From the IMG/VR virus record IMGVR_UViG_3300032038_007781, positions 62,041 to 126,040 of that record: a stretch of DNA of 64,000 bases. One strand, given 5' to 3'. Every line of letters begins with the position of its first letter. Position 1 is the first letter of the stretch. Below are positions 38,503-48,380 of this stretch, in pieces. This stretch comes from a virus (Duplodnaviria > Caudoviricetes). The notes beneath the pieces are model-generated. The model did no database searches. It had not been told where the DNA came from and saw only the letters and a list, made by a program, of their open reading frames with translations. The position numbers and the translations under genes are program-made.

Positions 38503-39450
38503 ATGAAGAAATTAATTAGGTTAACTGAAAGTGATTTACATAGAATCATCGAAAATTCAGTTAGACAAATTATAAAGGAAGCTAAAAATGACCCTGAAGA
38601 AATCAAAAAAGCGATTGCTTTAGAAAAGTCTATTATACAGCATGAAGATGATGATGATTTTATTTATAGCAAATTAACAGTTGCTGAAAAAAAGAAAATA
38701 GATGCACATCAAAATCATCCTATGATGCTTGAAAAGCTTTTCGTTAACCGTGTTGCGTTAGCAAGAAAACGTGTTAAGATGTACACTTCACAATTAAAAT
38801 CGTTAGAGACTACAGGTGTTGCAAAAGTGCAAAAAAATAAGCCTATGACACAATCAACAATGGCTGTTGACCCTAGAACAGTTGATATAGCAAGCATCAA
38901 AACAAAGGACATTTTAACTAAGCAATTGCCTGACGAACAATTAAATATAAATTCGTTTAATGCAGAAGGGCGTGAAATGTTTAAAAGGCTTGGTGAACGA
39001 GCTTCAATGGCTAATAAAATTTATAAATTAGTTGGTGTTTTCGATATAAATGATTGCCTTAAAACGGCTTGTGAAGGTGTTCTAAGAGTGTATAACCAAT
39101 TATTCAATAAGGATGTTCATCTTTCTTCACCAATTCCGCAAAACGAAGTTACATCTACACCTGAAAATACTCTTAAATGTATTGATAATTTAAGAATTAA
39201 ATTAAATAACTTTAACAGAATCTTGGCTGAAAAAGGCAACCCACAAATAGAAACATTAAAAGTATGTGTTAAAGACTTTTCAATGTGTGGCGAACCAATA
39301 TCAAGACTTATGAGGGGAGAGGGTATTACTAAGAGAGAAGCTGCAATAAGACGCCAAAGTGATGCCAGAATAAGCAGAGGTATAGCAGCGCAGCAAGATT
39401 TTGATGAAAGGAAAAAATACGGATTAGATTTAGGTCAATCAGAAGATTAA
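38503..39450 (+). CDS. putative internal head protein (MKKLIRLTESDLHRIIE leader)
   Basis: Shared leader. Confidence 0.7.
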   Translation: MKKLIRLTESDLHRIIENSVRQIIKEAKNDPEEIKKAIALEKSIIQHEDDDDFIYSKLTVAEKKKIDAHQNHPMMLEKLFVNRVALARKRVKMYTSQLKSLETTGVAKVQKNKPMTQSTMAVDPRTVDIASIKTKDILTKQLPDEQLNINSFNAEGREMFKRLGERASMANKIYKLVGVFDINDCLKTACEGVLRVYNQLFNKDVHLSSPIPQNEVTSTPENTLKCIDNLRIKLNNFNRILAEKGNPQIETLKVCVKDFSMCGEPISRLMRGEGITKREAAIRRQSDARISRGIAAQQDFDERKKYGLDLGQSED

Positions 39451-39463
39451 AAATATATAAAAA

Positions 39464-39652
39464 CTAAAAAGACTTGAGGATATTCCCCAAGTCTTTTTTA
39501 TTTATTTTTCTATCATACTTCTTTTTGTTTTTCCAAGGTCTATCTTTGGCTACCCATTGACCTCCTCCATTGCGTTCAAATTCGTCATCCCTACTCAACC
39601 ACCGTAAAATTTTAATTGGGTCGGTTGACTTAGGTCTTTTACTTTTTTTCAT
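39464..39652 (-). CDS. small basic protein
   Basis: 62 aa, K/R-rich; KNKKKYDRK. Confidence 0.6.
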   Translation of the reverse strand: MKKSKRPKSTDPIKILRWLSRDDEFERNGGGQWVAKDRPWKNKKKYDRKINKKDLGNILKSF

Positions 39653-39780
39653 ATCAGTCCTATTTTTTTTCTAAACTTCAAAATGTTTGAATGATACAAA
39701 GCTTTTTCGTATGTGTCATGTTTCATACCGTCTGAAGTTTGATACATTCGTTTTGTTTCTAATTTTGCTAATTGTGTCAT
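39649..39780 (-). CDS. 43-aa hypothetical protein
   Basis: MTQLAKLETKRMYQTSDGMKHDTYEKALYH...; ATGA overlap with the next ORF. Confidence 0.5.
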   Translation of the reverse strand: MTQLAKLETKRMYQTSDGMKHDTYEKALYHSNILKFRKKIGLI

Positions 39781-39827
39781 ATGTTGCTAATATATAATTA
39801 AAAAAATTAAACACAAAAATAAATATG

Positions 39828-40703
39828 TTAATTAATCAAAAATTTTAAATCTTCAATGTTAAGTGGATTTGATATTAGCAAAATTGAACCGTCCTTAAGT
39901 TCAACCACAGCATTTCCTTTATCGTTTAAAGAAACATTTACAATTTGCTCTTCACTTATATGATTTTTTTTGTAATTAAAAAAATAAGGTGAAATAAATA
40001 ATGAATCAGACAATGTGAAAGCGTCATCTTTAATGCAGCCCAAACCTTTTAATGAAATATCAACTACAAGTTTTTGTCTTAATTTTACTGACATATCATA
40101 ATTAAGCAAAAAATTTTCCCATGTAACAGATAGGTATTCAAGTGACTTGTTGTTAATTATTACATTATCTCCAAAGTCTTGCCATTTCAAAGATTCTTCA
40201 GATATGTGGTGCGAAATATTACTTAATTGAGGTCTAACAACAAACCAATTTTCACCGCCTAATTCTTCAATCATTTCTTTTTCGTTGGGGAATCTAACAT
40301 CTTCAATTACATATTTTTTATCAGGATTAATCATTTCCCTAATTTTATTAATATGCCAATTCATATTATACCCTCTAATTAAATCAGTTCCTATTACTTG
40401 AAGCATTTCCCTAACATTTTTAATATGCTTACCACCGATAACCATTTGAACAGTTTCTATTGGTATTTTAGTTTGTTCGGAAAAATATTCAATAGCATCA
40501 TCAGATATATCTATATCCATGCCAATATTTTCATTTTTTAACCTATTAAGTTCATCTATAGATATATTTAAAAACTCAGCACAAATTGTTTTTAATGGCA
40601 AAGCAAAATACAGCCTTTTATAGCCATATTTTTCGCATATATCAGCCAACGTTCCCTTACCACTTCTCATTCGGCCTGCAAGTCCTATAATTCTACCGCC
40701 CAT
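39828..40703 (-). CDS. deoxynucleoside monophosphate kinase (T4 gp1-like)
   Basis: IIGLAGRMRSGKGT; FALPLK; REMLQVIGTDLIR; IEDVRFPNE; HISE. Confidence 0.85.
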   Translation of the reverse strand: MGGRIIGLAGRMRSGKGTLADICEKYGYKRLYFALPLKTICAEFLNISIDELNRLKNENIGMDIDISDDAIEYFSEQTKIPIETVQMVIGGKHIKNVREMLQVIGTDLIRGYNMNWHINKIREMINPDKKYVIEDVRFPNEKEMIEELGGENWFVVRPQLSNISHHISEESLKWQDFGDNVIINNKSLEYLSVTWENFLLNYDMSVKLRQKLVVDISLKGLGCIKDDAFTLSDSLFISPYFFNYKKNHISEEQIVNVSLNDKGNAVVELKDGSILLISNPLNIEDLKFLIN

Positions 40704-40705
40704 AT

Positions 40706-40996
40706 TTATTTATTTAATTCATCGTCCACAATCATTTCAAAATCAGATAATGATACATTTCCTATTATTTTTTTCAAGCATTCTCCGTTTTCATCGAAAA
40801 GAATTGTTGTTGGTATGCTTCTTATACTGTATTTAATTGAATCGTCAACGCCTTCATCATCTTCTATATTTATAGACTCAAAACTAATATTTTTATATTT
40901 ATCTTTGGCTGATGCTTCATTGAATGTTTTTTCAAATGCATGACAAGGCTGACACCAATCAGCCCAATATCTTTTAATTGTTTTAATACTGCTCAT
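40706..40996 (-). CDS. thioredoxin
   Basis: WADWCQPC; IRSIPT. Confidence 0.85.
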   Translation of the reverse strand: MSSIKTIKRYWADWCQPCHAFEKTFNEASAKDKYKNISFESINIEDDEGVDDSIKYSIRSIPTTILFDENGECLKKIIGNVSLSDFEMIVDDELNK

Positions 40997-41001
40997 ATTA
41001 T

Positions 41002-42786
41002 TTAAAACAAAGTTCTTTTTGTTATTTTTCTATTGAAAAGCCCACTAAGTGATGGTTTAACTTGTACTCTTTTGGTTTCTTTACTTAATGACTTTGAATT
41101 GGACTTAGGCATTTCTAATTTACCAGCACGTTTTACAATATCAGAAGCGTAAGCAGTACTTGCTGAAATGTATTTAGCCTTTTTACCCAATACTTTGTTA
41201 ACTTGCATTTCAATTGCAGTTAATTTTTTCTTTTCTTTTGGTAAGTCTGAAATCATATCATCAAAATAGCTTTCATCAAGGAATCCTAATGTATTTTTAG
41301 CTCTTGTGTAAGCAACATACATAAGATTATATTCTTGTTTAATTTCCCAATCCTTTTTAGCTGACTTTGATGGCATTAATGATTTACATGCCACAAATAC
41401 CCTATCTGCTTCAAGCCCTTTGGCTTTATGGATTGTTGATAATGAAATACCGTTCTTTTTCCTATCAGAAAACACATTAGATATTTTTTCTATTAGTTCA
41501 TCAGTGGTATTAATACCATCAGCAAGAACTTCAAGTGCTTTAATTGTATCTAACCTGTTAACGATTAAAGATGACTGCATAGCAGTGTCTAAGTCAATGT
41601 TACTGTTAAGCATCAAAGTGTCTCTTGCGTCAAACAAATTGCTGTAAAGTCTTACGAAAACACCGTCTTTACTTAAATCTTTATACAAGTTTTCTTTTTT
41701 AGTGTTTTTAACAATACGTTTAAGATTGTTTCCAATGTCTTTGCCCCTGACAAAGCATTTCTTCCCTTCTTTTATAAAAGAATTATAAATTTTCATCAAA
41801 GGTGCGTTATTACGGCAAACAATCATATCGCCATCATTAACATCTTCTATCTTAGCATTTTCAATTATTTCACCTTTTCTCCCTTCAGTATTTTTTTCTA
41901 TTGTAGGAACTAATTGCTTTGCGTATGAGACGATATTATCTGCACACCGATAACTTATACTAAGTGGTAAAGAAATCGTGTTAGGGAGCGATTTAAGGAT
42001 ATTAAATGAATCAGGGTCGCTTCCGCTAAAACTATAAAGGCATTGGTCACTATCACCAAATATTAGCATACGTGTTGAAATTTTCCTACATTTTAGTAAT
42101 AATTCCCTTTGCGCACAGTTAAGGTCTTGTGCTTCATCAACTGCAATCCAATCAAATTTAAGCCCATAAGGCTGACAGTTCAGCATATTTGGAAGCCAAA
42201 CCATATCAGTATAGTCAATTGTATCAAGGTTTCTTTTACCCCATTCCATTGATTGTATTGCGACTGCCTTTTCGTCAGCAATTGTGTCTATTTCGTATCT
42301 ATCCTCTATAAAGTCTAAATCTTTTACTGTTTGACAAAGATAATATCTACCGAAATCAATATATTTACAAATATTATCTACATATCTAAGAAAGTCTTTT
42401 TTGCCTAACGCATATGTGTCAATTGATGTTAATTTTTTAAGATTTGTTGAAACAAAAGACCTATATTTAAATTCATCTAATTCTAAAGATTTATCCCTAA
42501 AGTTTGTTCGTAACATTTGCAAACCAAGGCTATGCATTGTCATAGAAGATACATTAGTCCTATTCTTAGTCTTTTTAGTAAGAACATTAACTATGTCTTT
42601 GTTAAAGGCGGTAATTAAAATACGTTTATCTTCACTAATAAAATCCAAACATTTAACTAATGATGTACTTTTACCACTACCAGCACATGCTTCTATTACT
42701 GCATTTCCTTGACCATTTTGTATGAAATCATAAATCGCTAATTGATAATGTGACCATTCTATGTCCTTTTTCTTTTTTTTAGCCAT
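41002..42786 (-). CDS. UvrD/Rep-family SF1 helicase
   Basis: ACAGSGKS; VDEAQD; GDSDQ; SYRC; STIHKAKGLE; YVAYTRA. Confidence 0.9.
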   Translation of the reverse strand: MAKKKKKDIEWSHYQLAIYDFIQNGQGNAVIEACAGSGKSTSLVKCLDFISEDKRILITAFNKDIVNVLTKKTKNRTNVSSMTMHSLGLQMLRTNFRDKSLELDEFKYRSFVSTNLKKLTSIDTYALGKKDFLRYVDNICKYIDFGRYYLCQTVKDLDFIEDRYEIDTIADEKAVAIQSMEWGKRNLDTIDYTDMVWLPNMLNCQPYGLKFDWIAVDEAQDLNCAQRELLLKCRKISTRMLIFGDSDQCLYSFSGSDPDSFNILKSLPNTISLPLSISYRCADNIVSYAKQLVPTIEKNTEGRKGEIIENAKIEDVNDGDMIVCRNNAPLMKIYNSFIKEGKKCFVRGKDIGNNLKRIVKNTKKENLYKDLSKDGVFVRLYSNLFDARDTLMLNSNIDLDTAMQSSLIVNRLDTIKALEVLADGINTTDELIEKISNVFSDRKKNGISLSTIHKAKGLEADRVFVACKSLMPSKSAKKDWEIKQEYNLMYVAYTRAKNTLGFLDESYFDDMISDLPKEKKKLTAIEMQVNKVLGKKAKYISASTAYASDIVKRAGKLEMPKSNSKSLSKETKRVQVKPSLSGLFNRKITKRTLF

Positions 42787-42812
42787 AATGTTTTATTTTA
42801 ATAATCGTGACG

Positions 42813-42843
42813 CAAATATATATAAAAATTGTTAAATAACAAA
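42813..42843 (-). promoter_or_regulatory. Bacteroidetes-type promoter
   Basis: TTTG-N19-TATATTTG. Confidence 0.7.
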
Positions 42844-42894
42844 AAAGGTAGAACAAATTAATTTGTTCTACCTTTTATACTTTTTAAGCTTTGT

Positions 42895-43818
42895 TTAGTT
42901 CTGTCCAAACTTACTAAGCTGCTCAGCCAATTGTGGATTCTGCTCAATGAGTTTCAGCATTCCATTAAGCAAACCAACCACACGTGGGTCGTTTACATTA
43001 CCATTAGACTGAGGTGCTTGACGGGTTTCAGCACGTGGTGCTTCCTGTCGCTTACGTGGCTCATTCTGACGTGGAGATTGCTGACTTTCAACCTCAGCAA
43101 ATGCACGTTCCTTATCAATGAGGAAATTAATCATCTGCTGCTTAGTGGCATTAGCCAAATCAATTTCACTACCCCAAAGATTACGATTAATGATATTAGC
43201 AAGTGCATCTTTATCAAGCCCATCATAAGGTGTTGGTGCTTGATGCTGACGAGGTGCTTCTACCTTACGTACTACACGTTGAGGTGATGGGGCTGCCTTA
43301 CGAGCACGTGAAACGAAACGTCCGTGTTCGTCACGTGGCTGAGGTTCTTTACAGCCAAACTGCATATCAGCAGGTACTTCGTCTGCCGTAAACACTTCGT
43401 GGCCACAAAATGGGTCTCTAATTTCATTCTGAGCTGCTGCAACTGGCCTACGACCAAATCCACCTCTTGGTGGGATAGGTGCACCCATAGGAATGCGTGT
43501 ACCACGTGGTGGTATTGGCATACGACCACACATAGGACTACCGAAGTTACCAATAGGCGTCTCACTAACAGGTTTAATTTCTACCGCCAAATCATTAGCG
43601 ATGAACAACTTAATAAGTGTTTCCGCTGTAATATTGGCAACATCACCATGTAGGATATAGTCTAATGTATCAACACTAATATCTAACACGTCAGCCAACT
43701 CATCGACATCAACTTCATTCTGACGAATAAAATCGTTAAAACGACCACTCAAATCCTGTGATGCTTGTGCAATCCAAGCCTGTGCTTCTTGGCGAAGCTG
43801 CTCTTTGTTTTGTACCAT
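42895..43818 (-). CDS. early protein with XRE-like HTH and Pro/Arg-rich linker
   Basis: VDELADVLDISVDTLDYILHG; higher GC with CGT Arg codons; promoter TTTG-N18-TATATTTG at 43873-43902. Confidence 0.6.
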   Translation of the reverse strand: MVQNKEQLRQEAQAWIAQASQDLSGRFNDFIRQNEVDVDELADVLDISVDTLDYILHGDVANITAETLIKLFIANDLAVEIKPVSETPIGNFGSPMCGRMPIPPRGTRIPMGAPIPPRGGFGRRPVAAAQNEIRDPFCGHEVFTADEVPADMQFGCKEPQPRDEHGRFVSRARKAAPSPQRVVRKVEAPRQHQAPTPYDGLDKDALANIINRNLWGSEIDLANATKQQMINFLIDKERAFAEVESQQSPRQNEPRKRQEAPRAETRQAPQSNGNVNDPRVVGLLNGMLKLIEQNPQLAEQLSKFGQN

Positions 43819-43923
43819 CTTTATTTAAGATAAATTATTAAAAAAAATTGTTTCTATTTAAATTTTACAATGCAAATATATTAAAAAAATCTTGAAAACA
43901 AAAAGATAATATGTTAATTAATG

Positions 43924-44970
43924 TTATTCTTCATCAACTTCTTTATCAATCTTTTTCGTTACAATATCAAGCATTGATTCTAATATTTCTTTGTTCATTT
44001 TATAAAATGTGTCTTGTCCACTATATGAAGATAATTCAAATTTAGCGCCAATAGCATTAAGTGCTTTTGCGAATAAACAAAAATCAATTAGATTATCTTT
44101 AATACCGCTCCAATCATGTTCGAAATCATTATATAAATCAAACCCTTTTGCTGTTCCTTGTCCAAATGAAGCGATGTAATTGAATTCTATTGGGAAACTG
44201 CTTTGTTTATGTTTTTTAAATTCAGCAAAATATTCTTTCCATTTTTTATCATCGCATTCATCTGCCATATCAAATAGTTTCATTTCTATTCTACTGAAAT
44301 ATTCATTATCATTAAAAATTGAAAAATCAGCGCCTGATGTTTTTAATCCTATCTTATCACATAACGATTTAATAGCATTACTTCTTGATATTAAATCATC
44401 AAAAGCATTTTCTATATATTTTTTACTGTAATAACAATATTTTGATGATGCATTTACAATAGTATCGTAAACATCTTTACGCTCCATAATGATACAAAGG
44501 TATTGATTTTTCCAATCCCCATAGAAATCTTTAAATATTTTTTCAAGGATTGAACGGTATTTCGCAATATCCTCCAAATCTTTTATGTCAGATTCAATTA
44601 TATATTTATTTAGGCTGCTCTCTTTAGAATGCATTTTATATTCTTTTTCTTTATTTTTTTCATATGATTCTAAATCATTATATGTTAAACAACCTTTATT
44701 GTGAAGAAAATCAAAAAGCCAATTAATGCTAATCTGAAGCTTGTCTTGGAAAAACATATAATTACTATCATCAACAACATCTTGAATTGAGCCATAATCA
44801 TTGTATTTCCCAAATATAGGAGCACAAATAGGAGTTAATGACGAATTGCAATTAATAGGTAGATTACTTATTTTATCATTTGATGAACCATAGCAAACTA
44901 TTGCTATCATTTCATCACCATATTGCAAAGGCAAATGGCTGAAAAAACCGCTTGAATTAAAACATCCCAT
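43924..44970 (-). CDS. hypothetical protein
   Basis: 348-aa ORF (MGCFN...PIFGKYNDYG). Confidence 0.7.
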   Translation of the reverse strand: MGCFNSSGFFSHLPLQYGDEMIAIVCYGSSNDKISNLPINCNSSLTPICAPIFGKYNDYGSIQDVVDDSNYMFFQDKLQISINWLFDFLHNKGCLTYNDLESYEKNKEKEYKMHSKESSLNKYIIESDIKDLEDIAKYRSILEKIFKDFYGDWKNQYLCIIMERKDVYDTIVNASSKYCYYSKKYIENAFDDLISRSNAIKSLCDKIGLKTSGADFSIFNDNEYFSRIEMKLFDMADECDDKKWKEYFAEFKKHKQSSFPIEFNYIASFGQGTAKGFDLYNDFEHDWSGIKDNLIDFCLFAKALNAIGAKFELSSYSGQDTFYKMNKEILESMLDIVTKKIDKEVDEE

Positions 44971-45070
44971 ATTATTTTGTTATTTTAAATTGCTGTTTTG
45001 ATGATGCAAATATATTAAAAATAAGCCATAAACGAAAATATTTGATGTTAAGTGATGTTAACGGCAAATA

Positions 45071-46396
45071 TTATTGCATTTTGTACATATTTTTTCTTAT
45101 ATCTATAAGAATATCATTAATTAAGTCTTTATTGATATGTTCTGCTAATGTAGATTTAGCAATGGCTTCTTTCATTTTTGTTTCCTTTTCTGTTACAATT
45201 GCCATTAATTCATCATATTCGAATTTATGATTCCTTATGCCCATTAAAAAGTCCCTATCACCAGCAATGCGTCTGTCAAGAATAAGTCCTTTACCTTCAG
45301 CTAATTCTTGACCCATTGTAATAAGTCTAACACAATGCATCATATTTTTTGAATCATAATTCTTATTAAGATTACTTTCATATCTTTTAGGGTTTCTAAA
45401 TTTAACCCATTTTTGGTATTCATTATATTCAATGCAATGCTTTGTATAGCCTTGTTGATTAAATGATATGTAGCAGATAGGCATTTCACCCTTAGACACT
45501 GAAGATAGCCTAAGTTCGTTAGATTTTGGGCTTACTATCCCACGATACCCAATAGGCTTTTGTTTTGCAAACTTCATTAGTAATTCATCAACGCCATCAC
45601 TTAAGCCATAAAAATCTACTATGAAATGCGCCATATTGTATTGGTAACATCTTTTTAACGTCTTTTCATAATTAGATTTTTCTTTTTCAGATTTTGCTTC
45701 CTTAAGCAATTTTACAATTTTGGCTGTGTCCCAATATTCCTTTGGATAATGATAGTATTTAACCAAGTCTTCACCTGTAATTCCTTCATCTTCAAAATAT
45801 TTACCCCAATCATAATAAACGCCATATATATCGTGCATATTTGGAATATTAACAAGTCCACAATATTCTTGTTTCAAGTTACGATATTCAAGCCAATATG
45901 TTACATTTGTGCTACCTTGCTTTCTAAAAGTGTAACAAAATTCAAGTGGCCATTTTCTTTCATTAATCGGATTAACAATTTTTTTGTTTAATCCTCTTGC
46001 TTTACGTATTTGTTCAATTGCATATTGAACAAAAGGTTTGAAGCAATCTTTTGTTATAAACAAATCCCTATTCTCAAATAAAGGTGTTAAAACTTTGTTC
46101 GGCTTTAATAGTTGTTTATCTTCAGGTGTAAACAATGCTTCTAATACTGTTGGGTTTGAAGATAAAAGCATGTCGCAAAACTTGCCTACTTCATACCACG
46201 TAGTATCGTTCCTTTCATCAGAAACTTGTCCTTTGAACTCTATATCTGAAAGCCCTAAAAAACTATTTTTACTTTGAATATAAAGTCCACCTTCATCTAA
46301 ATCACTATCTGGTGCGTTTAGATTATATAAAGTAGAACCCCTTGTGTATTTATACAAAAGTCTACCATCATTTTCTATATCTCTAAAAGTTTCCAT
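45071..46396 (-). CDS. pol-beta-superfamily nucleotidyltransferase (YcgL-like)
   Basis: RGSTLYNL...SDLDEGG; NPTVLEAL; YDSKNMMHCVRL. Confidence 0.8.
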   Translation of the reverse strand: METFRDIENDGRLLYKYTRGSTLYNLNAPDSDLDEGGLYIQSKNSFLGLSDIEFKGQVSDERNDTTWYEVGKFCDMLLSSNPTVLEALFTPEDKQLLKPNKVLTPLFENRDLFITKDCFKPFVQYAIEQIRKARGLNKKIVNPINERKWPLEFCYTFRKQGSTNVTYWLEYRNLKQEYCGLVNIPNMHDIYGVYYDWGKYFEDEGITGEDLVKYYHYPKEYWDTAKIVKLLKEAKSEKEKSNYEKTLKRCYQYNMAHFIVDFYGLSDGVDELLMKFAKQKPIGYRGIVSPKSNELRLSSVSKGEMPICYISFNQQGYTKHCIEYNEYQKWVKFRNPKRYESNLNKNYDSKNMMHCVRLITMGQELAEGKGLILDRRIAGDRDFLMGIRNHKFEYDELMAIVTEKETKMKEAIAKSTLAEHINKDLINDILIDIRKNMYKMQ

Positions 46397-46537
46397 TATT
46401 CCTTTTTTATTATAAATTTTTATATTACAATTATACGAAAAAAATTGTAAAAAACAACTTTTTATGGAAAAAAATCGTTAAAAAACGTAATTTTTGAAAC
46501 TTGGTTCATATTTAAATATAGATTAAAAATGTAAATT

Positions 46538-47680
46538 ATGACAAAAGAAGAATTTATTGAAAAGGCTAAAGCCGTACACGGAGATAAATATGATTATAGT
46601 AAGGTAGGTTATAAAAACGCACATACTAAGATTTGTATTATATGCCCAGAACATGGTGAATTTTGGCAATTACCGATGAATCATATTAATAAAAAACATG
46701 GTTGCCCTATGTGTAGTGGAAACGCAAAGTTAACAACCGAAACTTTTATTGAAAAAGCTAAATTCATACACGGTGATGAATACGATTATAGTAAAGTGAA
46801 TTACATTAATAATCGTACTAAAGTTTGCGTTATATGTCCAAAACATGGCGAATTTTGGGCTAGACCTGGTAAACATTTACAAGGTCAAAAATGTCCATTA
46901 TGCGCACATCAATCATTTTCTTATACTACTAAAAGTTTCATTGATAAAGCAAAAGAAATACACGGTAACAAATACGATTATAGTAAAGTGACTTACAAAG
47001 ACTCTCACACTAAAATATGCATCATTTGTCCTAACCACGGAGAATTTTGGCAAACACCAACAAATCATTTACGTGGTAGAGGTTGTCCAAAATGTAATGC
47101 TGATAACCAATCTATTAATAATAGAATGACCGCAGAAGATTTTATCAAACGTGCAAAGGAAATACACGGTGATAAGTACAATTATAGTAAGGTTGTTTAT
47201 GGTGTTAATAATAAGGATAAAGTATGTATTATTTGCCCTGACCACGGAGAATTTTGGCAAAGGCCAATGTACCATTTACGTGGTAACGGTTGTCCAAAAT
47301 GTAAGGAAAGCCATTTAGAAACTGAAATAAGGGTTTTGTTGGAGAAAAATAATATAAAGTATGAGCAAGGCGCACATTTTAAATGGTTAGGTAGGCAACA
47401 TCTTGATTTTTACTTACCAGATTACAATATTGCTATAGAATGCCAAGGTGAACAACACTTCATTAAGCCAAGTACCACTAGTGTTCGTAAAAAGCCGTTA
47501 GAACGCATTATAGAACAAGATGTGAATAAGTATAATCTTTGTCAAAAAAACAACGTTAAATTACTTTATTACACGTCAAAACGCATTGATAACCTCGCCA
47601 AAACAAAGCCAAATATTTATGATGATAATTTATATTTAAATACTGAAGATATAGGCAAAAAAATAAGGTGCACCGATTAA
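46538..47680 (+). CDS. zinc-repeat PD-(D/E)xK homing-endonuclease-like protein
   Basis: 4 repeats; QHLDFYLPDYNIAIECQGEQH. Confidence 0.75.
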   Translation: MTKEEFIEKAKAVHGDKYDYSKVGYKNAHTKICIICPEHGEFWQLPMNHINKKHGCPMCSGNAKLTTETFIEKAKFIHGDEYDYSKVNYINNRTKVCVICPKHGEFWARPGKHLQGQKCPLCAHQSFSYTTKSFIDKAKEIHGNKYDYSKVTYKDSHTKICIICPNHGEFWQTPTNHLRGRGCPKCNADNQSINNRMTAEDFIKRAKEIHGDKYNYSKVVYGVNNKDKVCIICPDHGEFWQRPMYHLRGNGCPKCKESHLETEIRVLLEKNNIKYEQGAHFKWLGRQHLDFYLPDYNIAIECQGEQHFIKPSTTSVRKKPLERIIEQDVNKYNLCQKNNVKLLYYTSKRIDNLAKTKPNIYDDNLYLNTEDIGKKIRCTD

Positions 47681-47708
47681 AGTGCGCCTTATTTATGTTT
47701 GAATTGAC

Positions 47709-48245
47709 TTATCGCCAAATATGGCTTTCGCCAATCAATTCTCTACCACCAGTTTCGTGTGGGAAAGCAGGACCATCCTGAATTCTCTTACGAATAGCCT
47801 GTACACGATGTTCAGTTACTCCCTCTGGGCGTGCCAAACCACGTGCCACACAATCTTCACCTGCATCTACGAAGCGGTCAAATGCTTCCTTGTCTGATTC
47901 GAACTTCCATTCGTCACCAAACGCATACGATTCAATACGTGGTTCATCAATATGGAACCCTGCTCCGAATACCTTGTTATTATCAGCAGGTTTGCCTGCT
48001 ACACCCCAAGCTGGGAGTGGCTGACCAAAACGAACTTCACGTGAATCACTAAATTCATCAACTAATACATCGTTCAAAGGACGATGATTAACACGTGGTT
48101 GACGATTAGGTGTAAATGTGGTACGAGTGGTACGTGAGCTAAAACCACGTGGTGCATCTACAATAGTATCACGAAGAATACTATCCAAAACACTCTCTAC
48201 TGATTCACCGAATGGAATCTCTGCTACTAAAATTTTAGTCTTCAT
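47709..48245 (-). CDS. hypothetical early protein
   Basis: 178 aa; promoter TTTG-N20-TATATTTG at 48324-48355. Confidence 0.65.
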   Translation of the reverse strand: MKTKILVAEIPFGESVESVLDSILRDTIVDAPRGFSSRTTRTTFTPNRQPRVNHRPLNDVLVDEFSDSREVRFGQPLPAWGVAGKPADNNKVFGAGFHIDEPRIESYAFGDEWKFESDKEAFDRFVDAGEDCVARGLARPEGVTEHRVQAIRKRIQDGPAFPHETGGRELIGESHIWR

Positions 48246-48380
48246 AAAAATCTGAAAAATTTAAATATTAAAAATATATAATATGTTACATAACATTCAT
48301 TGTGTTCGTCATTTGTAACGATGCAAATATATAATAAAAAAAAGTTAGAACCAAATTTTGGTCTAACTTTTTTCAGATTT

